Part shown: positions 36,001 through 41,985 of the stretch, piece after piece
Position numbering within the stretch: position 1 is the stretch's first letter
Layout: each line of letters begins with the position of its first letter
NCBI GenBank assembly: GCA_040400605.1
Contig: JBBAPZ010000010.1
Coordinates: 74,714-116,698, forward strand
Reading direction: 5' to 3'
From: Candidatus Sericytochromatia bacterium
GTDB taxonomy: Bacteria; Cyanobacteriota; Sericytochromatia; S15B-MN24; JAQBPE01
DNA: 41,985 nt
The notes under the pieces: model-generated
The model's input: only the letters and a program-made list of their open reading frames with translations
Told to the model about the DNA's origin: nothing
Databases searched by the model: none
Program-made: the position numbers and the translations under genes

Positions 36001-38101
36001 ACTTGGCTTGGTTCAAGAGGCACGGGCGTGTCTGGATGACGTTGAGGTTCGCTCAAGCGATGATACCGTTCGATATGGTCGGTTGTGTGCCTCCGTCTTG
36101 CTTAAGCGGCAGCGTTGGTTGGATGCGATGGATCTGTATGACGTGGCGTTACAGCACGCAACGCACCGTGGACTGTCGTTGGAGATCGGTGCAATCCTGT
36201 TGGGAATGGGCGAAGCGTTTTGGCGTTTGGGTCGGCGTGACGAAGCGGAGCATAGTCTGAATCGTGCCCAAAAAATCGCGGAAACGCTTGCTGCATGGCC
36301 TTTGCTGACGCAATGTCATTTGTTGCGCGGAGCGTTAACCCTGTCGCTTGAGGATGCGGTGTTGGCCGAACGCCAGTTCAACCGGGCGGAGATACTGGCG
36401 GGCCGTCTCAATCTTCCTGATGAATTGGCGGCGGCATTGTACGGGCGATCGTGCGCGGAAGGTATAACGCCTCACAGCCAGCTTTTGCGCTCGCGGGCTC
36501 AAGCGCTCATGGTGCGTCTAAAGGACCGAATTGCTATCGAATGGCGCTCGGCGTTTTTGGCTGATCGCGACAGGCAAGACGTGCTTCAGGCAGTATTGCA
36601 CCAACCGGCCGTTGAACAACCTGCAGGGACGGCAATGGCTGACCGTGTGCTGTCGTTGCAACGGGTGGTCAGTTTGCAGCATCAGGAACTCGAGTTTGTT
36701 GAATTGATTGCAAGTAGTCACGATGCCGCTTTTGCTGTAGAACAGGCATTATCAATTTTATTGGAGCTAAGTTTCGCGGAACGTGCGGAATTGTTGGAAG
36801 TGAGTGATCGAGAATGGCGTTTGCTTCAAACTCAACATCCGCTTACCACCCTTGAGCCCATTGGCGATGATTGGATGCTGTATCGTGATGTTCTGCAGGC
36901 TGCGCTGGATAGTCATCAATGTCAATATCAAGATGAGTGGGAGCCGCTTGGAGCAGATGGTGCGCGCGCGATCGTGGCCATTCCGCTGACTGAAGGTGGC
37001 CGTCAACAAGTGATTCTGTTATTGGGGCATCCTGGCATTGTTAAGGCACTCGGGCGACCTGAACAGCAGTTTATCAAGGTTTTGGCCCGCCATCTCGCGC
37101 ATACGCTCACGCGGATCGATCTTCAGCAGGAATTGAAAGAACGTTCCAACCGTCTTGAAATGCTGTACGCATTGACGACGGCAGTCAATATGACCCAGAG
37201 CATGGGGGATGTCCTTGACTTGGTGTTGCGCTTGGCACTTGAGATCACCCATGCTGAGCGTGGCTTGATCCTGCTGTTGAATTCTCAGAATCAATTGGAA
37301 TGTGAAGCCATCCGACCAACGCCCCTGCGGGTTGGTGACGCTGTGTTGTATTCCAAATCCATTTGCCAACGGGTGCTTGACGAGGACAAGGCCCTTTGGA
37401 CTGATGGTGCGCATGCGACAGCCGATTTTAACCGGCACGTCAGCATTCAGAACCTGAACATTCGAACAGTGATGTGTGTTCCTTTGCGGATCAGGCAACG
37501 CAAGATCGGAGTCTTATATGTGGATAGCCGATTGGCGCTTGGCCGTTTCAAGGATCAGGACTTGACGGTCTTGCAAACCATTGCTGATCAAGCCAGTGTC
37601 GCCATTGAAAATGCGCGGTTGAATGAGGCCAGTGCGGTCGATGAAACGACGGGCTTGTTGGTTTTGTCAATTTTTGAACGACGTCTGAAAGAGGAATTTT
37701 TGCGCTGTTGTCGTTACGGTGGCGTTTTCTCGATTCTGATTCTGGTAGGGGATCAAACACGGTTCGAAGCTGACGCTTTAATTTTCGATCAGGTTGGTGT
37801 CGCTAATGTTTTAAAAACCGATCTGCGTGATCACCTCGACTTGGCCACCGTCGCGCAAGACGGTCATTTCATTGTTCTTCTGCCCGAGACGGCCGCTGCC
37901 GGTGCATTGATTTGCGCCGAACGCATACGCAAAGCCATTCACCACACCACGGTCAGCATCGGTATCGCGACGTTCGAATCCCGACAGGATACAACGGCCA
38001 ACTTGATGCAATCAGCCTATTTAGCTTGTCACGCGGCTCATCAAATGGGAGGCGATCGCGTGCAGCACGTGAAAGAAATGGAATCCAACGTCACGACTTA
38101 G
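33038..38101 (+). CDS. Multidomain signalling protein: kinase-like, P-loop NTPase (AAA_16-like), TPR-like helices, two GAF domains and a degenerate GGDEF domain
   Basis: Kinase remnants DFG, APE, DLYALG; Walker A GGAMVGKS and Walker B FLLDD; TPR-like repeats; GAF motif MCVPL...IGVLYVD..F...D...L..IA.QA.VAIENARL; GGDEF-like DETTGL...LLPET...A...AERIR...TVSIG. Confidence 0.9.
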   Translation: MTIISGLDFAKASLLSSRGARRVYRVEDEESGQAWGLLKRVSQSSSTDVLRLDVWGLTALSCPILPQIFDIIRTEDGHPCALIEAVKGEPLWLDAVDVGQFGALVRQLCGFLELLHAQGMVAVDLDPSGMCWQAGSRLRLVDFGAVQCVGTLPGLPHRIRAPAPEICQGGPAEVHSDLYALGVLIQDWLEEEFSSGGNRSGDGRQTAGAAVVCEESGFFLPLETWREIASGLLDEKPIKRQLAYRHLLKRFDVETEQHPSLGLGRHWGGRSELLTQFETQLQAVRNTRTGEYLHMGGGAMVGKSHTLERLAMLADAAGFCVLRGRGGDSHRPYSAVITALEDALEWMGSGDAVPSSRIREYRMSLAPVLEGLSLPQGYQGLPPDRERERILSAALSCLIDLATRKGLVFLLDDWHEADLASRELVAQLIQRVSGVPLLIVTMGLTEEVAIKGQYWPLSALTSSEWHALVEDCLGTHIPLPVLEEWYEASQGIPGLFWPVLARCVEVGRLRLGDDGWIVVDVSVTEGEGVDASLSADLSRLMHDLAFGGQRFPLECVYRLVADWPVAQVHTAIMTLIRRRYLMQLGDFIGWQQASQRRALQAAVALPERQQHFDRLALAIAPPYSSQPVGAALVEWASYLSRGTMRQEAVFSILQAARCLGSFGLTTMALPFLDALSVPEYGEWAVDVQRDYDVLYAGLLIESGAVEAALARLSEESAFHAGGVGELLGFERQLCLARAYAKLGDFQTSYQYFVDVELSARRLERLTVMLQALLGLAVCHLALKQPDLAKPVLNEALDLGRASGNLFVVGQSLLLLGRVHLLDLTDAARNDGTERAIQYLEQSVAVHEAMGDRRGLLESLTCLGEVQLRVGRLKASDRHYVRALEITQSLGARHSEIDIRLTLSRLSLQQGNCLWAWEYANTTLEMTEGPDETPLRLAAHILGIWSRQMLGRLEGLAEEIGSVMLAVRALSVADYRNSLMFDLCEVFLRLGLVQEARACLDDVEVRSSDDTVRYGRLCASVLLKRQRWLDAMDLYDVALQHATHRGLSLEIGAILLGMGEAFWRLGRRDEAEHSLNRAQKIAETLAAWPLLTQCHLLRGALTLSLEDAVLAERQFNRAEILAGRLNLPDELAAALYGRSCAEGITPHSQLLRSRAQALMVRLKDRIAIEWRSAFLADRDRQDVLQAVLHQPAVEQPAGTAMADRVLSLQRVVSLQHQELEFVELIASSHDAAFAVEQALSILLELSFAERAELLEVSDREWRLLQTQHPLTTLEPIGDDWMLYRDVLQAALDSHQCQYQDEWEPLGADGARAIVAIPLTEGGRQQVILLLGHPGIVKALGRPEQQFIKVLARHLAHTLTRIDLQQELKERSNRLEMLYALTTAVNMTQSMGDVLDLVLRLALEITHAERGLILLLNSQNQLECEAIRPTPLRVGDAVLYSKSICQRVLDEDKALWTDGAHATADFNRHVSIQNLNIRTVMCVPLRIRQRKIGVLYVDSRLALGRFKDQDLTVLQTIADQASVAIENARLNEASAVDETTGLLVLSIFERRLKEEFLRCCRYGGVFSILILVGDQTRFEADALIFDQVGVANVLKTDLRDHLDLATVAQDGHFIVLLPETAAAGALICAERIRKAIHHTTVSIGIATFESRQDTTANLMQSAYLACHAAHQMGGDRVQHVKEMESNVTT

Positions 38102-38167
38102 CATTGACGCTTTGTGGTGGTCTTTTCGGTTGTTACACCATCAACGCATAATCAGGGAGGTTAAAGC

Positions 38168-38518
38168 ATGAGCGAGGGCATCCATGACAAGCTACAGGCT
38201 GTGACCGCCAATGAGGTCGCACGTGCGCTCGCTGGCGAGCAGGCGTTGTCTGAAGAAAAAATCGAGGCTGCTGATGCAAACGACGATAGTCGGATTGATG
38301 TTCAAGACGTTGAACTCTTGAGTCAGGCGCAAATCAGGCTTGCAAACAAAATTTCAGGAGCGATCGTGGGGATGGAGCAATTGAGTCCGGAAGAGCAGGC
38401 GGTCGCGGATCAAAATGGCGACGGGTATACCAATTTGACGGACTCTTATCGCCTGGCGGACGATGCCCGTGCCGCGCAACGCATCATCGGTAAACTGCGA
38501 AAACAGAAAAAAATTTGA
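38168..38518 (+). CDS. Small dockerin-like/EF-hand Ca-binding repeat protein
   Basis: AGGGAGG RBS; duplicated motif LSEEKIEAADANDDSRIDVQD and LSPEEQAVADQNGDGYTNLTD. Confidence 0.8.
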   Translation: MSEGIHDKLQAVTANEVARALAGEQALSEEKIEAADANDDSRIDVQDVELLSQAQIRLANKISGAIVGMEQLSPEEQAVADQNGDGYTNLTDSYRLADDARAAQRIIGKLRKQKKI

Positions 38519-38876
38519 ATGGATGATTATTGGCGCTTGCACGAAGCGGTAAGTGAGTAGCACCAAGCGCCAATAATCGTATTTTAACGGCCGGCAACAC
38601 AGACTTGGTACAGAACATTGTATTTTGAGCCGCGTCCGATGCGCTCGCCGCCACGCTTGTTCGACACTTCAAGAAATCAGAAAGTGCTTGAAACACCGTT
38701 TGGATGCTTGTTTCAGGGCCCTCGCCTGCAAACTGTGCCAGGTCGTTTTGTGGTTCGAATACTTCTTACTGATAAAGCGATGACTTGGTTTGCAGGATTT
38801 TTCGCCGCGAACTGCCGAATGCCCATCTAAAAAAGCAGTCACCAAGGTGTTTCAGGTGTTGGAACCTTGCATTGGC

Positions 38877-39800
38877 TTAAATCCAGCGCTGAATACGAAA
38901 CACCACCAGCATGCCCAAGGCGATGACCAACATGAAACCAAGGACAATCAAAAACGCCAGTGGGTGGTGCGAAAACGGCAGCGGAATGTTCATGCCATAG
39001 ATTCCTGAAACCAGGGTGAGCGGAAGCATGATGACACTGATCGTTGTCAAAACTTTCATGATTTCGCTGGTTTGAAATGACGTGAGACTCATGTGGGTAT
39101 CATTCAAACTTTCCGTGATGGTTTTCAGGTCTTCAAGGCTGTCCCAAATTTTTCCGAGGTGATCGCCAATATCTGAAAAATAGACGTCAAGTTCTTCCTG
39201 AATGATGCGCCCTTTCAGGTACTCCAGTCGCGCAATGACAGGAATCTGCGGTTTGACGATGCGACGAAATGCAATGATGTCCCGCCGAATCAGTGACAAT
39301 TCGAAAACCGTTTCACGCACTTTGGATTCAAAAATTTTTGCTTCAATTTCAAGCACGTTGCGCTCAATCTTGTGAACGAGCGGAAAACAATTATCGACGA
39401 GGCGATCGATCAGCTTGTAGAGCAAATAACCCGGCCCTTGCTTCAGGTATTCCGCTTGCAGCTTTTCATTGTCCAACACAGATTCGACGAGCTTGGTGAG
39501 CGCCCAGAGATCGCCTTGATGCACACTGACCAAATAATCAGGACCGACAAACAGGTTGACTTCGGAAGGAGCCGTTACCCGTCGACCCCGGTCAAAAACA
39601 GGTACGTGCAAGACAATGAACAAGTAGTCATCATATTCATCTAGCTTCGGACGCTGCAGGCCACCTTGAACATCTTCAATGTTGAGGGGATGAAACGAAA
39701 AATGATGCCTGAGGTAGTCAATGTCATCCCCGTTTGGCTGCTGAATATCGAGCCAAGTGACCCCGCCGTGCTGTATCTTTTGAATGGTCACGTCACTCAT
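38877..39800 (-). CDS. corA: CorA-family Mg2+/Co2+ transporter
   Basis: TWLDI, FHPLNIED, QRPKLDEY, MKVLT..S..LPLTL.SGIYGMN, two C-terminal TMs; GGAG RBS. Confidence 0.95.
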   Translation of the reverse strand: MSDVTIQKIQHGGVTWLDIQQPNGDDIDYLRHHFSFHPLNIEDVQGGLQRPKLDEYDDYLFIVLHVPVFDRGRRVTAPSEVNLFVGPDYLVSVHQGDLWALTKLVESVLDNEKLQAEYLKQGPGYLLYKLIDRLVDNCFPLVHKIERNVLEIEAKIFESKVRETVFELSLIRRDIIAFRRIVKPQIPVIARLEYLKGRIIQEELDVYFSDIGDHLGKIWDSLEDLKTITESLNDTHMSLTSFQTSEIMKVLTTISVIMLPLTLVSGIYGMNIPLPFSHHPLAFLIVLGFMLVIALGMLVVFRIQRWI

Positions 39801-39876
39801 TCTCCGTGCCTAGCGAAGCAACCAATCGTATCATGCCGCGACGGAGAATCATGTATCTTCGCCGTTCAAATGACGG

Positions 39877-40971
39877 ATGAACCGAAAGCGACGGCCGCGG
39901 GGCTGCTTCTTCGATTTACAAGTACCAGGCGAGGCATCATCATTGCAGGTGATGTTCTTTGCAGATTCATCCCGTGCGATGGTTGTGTGCTGCGTGGCAC
40001 TGGTTGTGTGGGCGCTGGGTGCGTGTGCGTCCCTGTGTTTTGGTGTTGTAGCGATTCCGCTGGATGGCGTTTTCTGGGGCTTGTTATGGAAAGGCCTCCG
40101 GGGTACACATTCCGGTGTTGGAATTGAAGCCATTGTGTGGGATGTCCGCGTGCCACGCCTGTTGCTGGCCACACTGGTCGGAGCAGGCCTGTCCGTCGCC
40201 GGTGTCACGTGGCAAGCACTGTTGCGAAATCCACTCGCGGATCCCTATTTGATTGGTACGTCTGCAGGCGCCGCGTTGGGAGCCGGGATCGCTTTTTTGT
40301 TCGGTTTTGCCGGCGTGTTCGCCTGGTCCGTCTCTGCCATGGCCTTTTCCGGTGCCTTGGGAGCCACCGCTTTGGTCTATCGCCTCGGCATCGGACCCGC
40401 GTCAACGCAAGTGACCGAGCGTCTAATCTTGGCGGGTGTGGCAGTGAGCGCGTTTCTCGGTGCAGCGCTTTCAGTGCTGGTGGCGGTTCGCACCGACGCG
40501 GCTGCGCCCCTGTACCTGTGGTTAATGGGAAGCTTGCTTGGAAGGGGCTGGGCCGAGCTTTACCAGCTTCTGCCACCACTTGTCTTGAGCCTGGCAGTCG
40601 TGTTTTGGTTTGCGCCGCGCTTGAATTTGCTCCAGTTGGGCGATGAGCTTGCATTTGGCTTGGGGTGCAATGTTGTCAGCACACGTCGTACGCTTGTGAT
40701 GGCAGCGAGTTTGTTGACAGCGGCAGTGGTGGCGGTAAGTGGCATGATCGGTTTTGTCGGCTTGGTTGTGCCCCATTGGTGCCGATTGTTGCTTGGTCCT
40801 GATTTAAGGGTCGTTTTACCGCTTGCAGCATGTCTTGGCGCTTCGTTGCTTGTCGTGGCGGATCTCTGCGCGCGCACCCTTCTGATGCCGACAGAAATTC
40901 CAGTAGGCGTGGTCACTGCCTTGATGGGCGCACCCTTTTTCCTGTCTTTGCTGGTGAGGTCCGGACGTTAA
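39877..40971 (+). CDS. FecCD/BtuC-family ABC permease (iron-siderophore, heme or B12); true start probably downstream (~39950-39980)
   Basis: RVPRLL...VGAGL, QALLRNPLADPYLIG, GMIGFVGLVVPH, EIPVGVVTALMGAPFF. Confidence 0.92.
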   Translation: MNRKRRPRGCFFDLQVPGEASSLQVMFFADSSRAMVVCCVALVVWALGACASLCFGVVAIPLDGVFWGLLWKGLRGTHSGVGIEAIVWDVRVPRLLLATLVGAGLSVAGVTWQALLRNPLADPYLIGTSAGAALGAGIAFLFGFAGVFAWSVSAMAFSGALGATALVYRLGIGPASTQVTERLILAGVAVSAFLGAALSVLVAVRTDAAAPLYLWLMGSLLGRGWAELYQLLPPLVLSLAVVFWFAPRLNLLQLGDELAFGLGCNVVSTRRTLVMAASLLTAAVVAVSGMIGFVGLVVPHWCRLLLGPDLRVVLPLAACLGASLLVVADLCARTLLMPTEIPVGVVTALMGAPFFLSLLVRSGR

Positions 40972-41829
40972 ATGAATCCGATGCTGCAACTGGATGAGGT
41001 CACACTAGCCCGTCAAGAACGTGTCATTGCACAAGGAGTCACCATCCGCGTGAACCCGGGGGAAACAGTCGCGATACTCGGCGCTAACGGCACAGGCAAA
41101 TCAACCTTGCTTGCAACAATGGCAGGGTGTCTTCAACCCCAATCCGGGCGTGTGATGCTTGCAGGGCAACCGCTCCAACACTATCAGACGCGAGCACTGG
41201 CGCGCGTGCGCGCCTACATTCCCCAAATGCAGTCCATGCATCTGGGGTGGCGCGTGAAAGACTTTATCGCACTTGGACGCTATCCCCACGCCGCGAACGA
41301 TTGGCTTCCAGGCCGCCCGGCGGATGAACAGGCCGTTTTTCAGGCGGCAGCTGCAACCGGCGTGACCGATTGGCTTGACCGTCCGCTCCAAAACTTGTCC
41401 GGCGGACAGCGACAGCGCGTGTATCTCGCGCAGATCTTGGCGCAGGAAGCACCCTTGTTGCTGCTGGATGAACCCACAACATACCTGGATTGGCATGGGC
41501 AAATCACGTTTATGCAAACACTGAACAACGTGTGCGCTACCCAAGGTTTGACCTTGGTCACCGTCCTTCACGATCTGAATCTCGCGATTCAGTTTTGCAG
41601 ACGTGTGATTGTGTTGGCGCCGGAGCGCGGAATTGTTGCAGACGGCCCAGCCTCCAATGTTTTAACCCCCTTGTTCGTCCGCGATGTGTTTGGAATCACG
41701 GTGCACCGTCACACCCATCCAGACTCCGGCCATACATTTCTCATCCCCGCCTTTGAGTCGCCAGCCGACGCGATGCAACCGTTGGTATTGCATCAAAGCG
41801 GTTTGCAAGACATGCCGAATGCTCACTGA
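40972..41829 (+). CDS. FepC/BtuD-like ABC ATPase
   Basis: GANGTGKST, LSGGQRQR, LLLDEPT, VLHDLNLA; starts directly after the permease stop. Confidence 0.93.
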   Translation: MNPMLQLDEVTLARQERVIAQGVTIRVNPGETVAILGANGTGKSTLLATMAGCLQPQSGRVMLAGQPLQHYQTRALARVRAYIPQMQSMHLGWRVKDFIALGRYPHAANDWLPGRPADEQAVFQAAAATGVTDWLDRPLQNLSGGQRQRVYLAQILAQEAPLLLLDEPTTYLDWHGQITFMQTLNNVCATQGLTLVTVLHDLNLAIQFCRRVIVLAPERGIVADGPASNVLTPLFVRDVFGITVHRHTHPDSGHTFLIPAFESPADAMQPLVLHQSGLQDMPNAH

Positions 41830-41985
41830 AAACCCACCGTCACCGTGCTTGCGCGTTGCGAATGATCCAGGGGACATTGCACGCTGAAACGGTTATTAAA
41901 ACGGTGCTTCGGGCTGATTTAGCCTGACGCTGATCGACAGATGGTCAATTGGGTAGATCAGAAAAGAAAAAATTTTTCATCAAAA

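Noticed and set aside
38484..38870. Short ORFs or an ncRNA between the dockerin-like gene and corA
   Set aside because: No convincing RBS, protein motif or stable nested structure found by eye.

Overview
Bacterial chromosomal window, roughly 55-60% GC by eye. The lineage cannot be determined from the sequence alone; my low-confidence impression is a Terrabacteria lineage such as a non-photosynthetic cyanobacterial relative. The left half (1-20.1 kb, minus strand) holds two diverged copies of an all-lipoprotein gene module: Kelch-A, Kelch-B, S8 subtilase, small beta-sandwich protein and a Ser/Pro-rich protein (NHL-repeat in copy 2; its counterpart in copy 1 is cut by the window edge), plus a ~710-aa modular lipoprotein. 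The large gene is first in copy 1 and last in copy 2, and both large genes carry the same upstream motif. The small lipoprotein resembles the C-terminal domain of the large one. The large proteins keep a conserved (R/K)RDSR basic site and have a hypervariable Cys-containing central insert. I infer a protease-matured surface lipoprotein assembly, possibly analogous to type V pili. Between the copies lie tRNA-Leu(CAA), a rhodanese, a candidate rod-shaped ncRNA, a hypothetical gene and a class A PBP. The right half is mostly recognisable: bcp, a DUF2269-like gene, a crtI-crtB-acyltransferase-glycosyltransferase carotenoid operon, an MntR-regulated Mn/Zn ABC operon with a clear operator, msrB, two Ig-like lipoproteins, yraN, a 1687-aa pseudokinase-NTPase-TPR-GAF-GAF-degenerate GGDEF protein, a stand-alone dockerin-like protein, corA and a FecCD/BtuCD-type ABC pair. 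I saw no CRISPR array, integrase or IS element.
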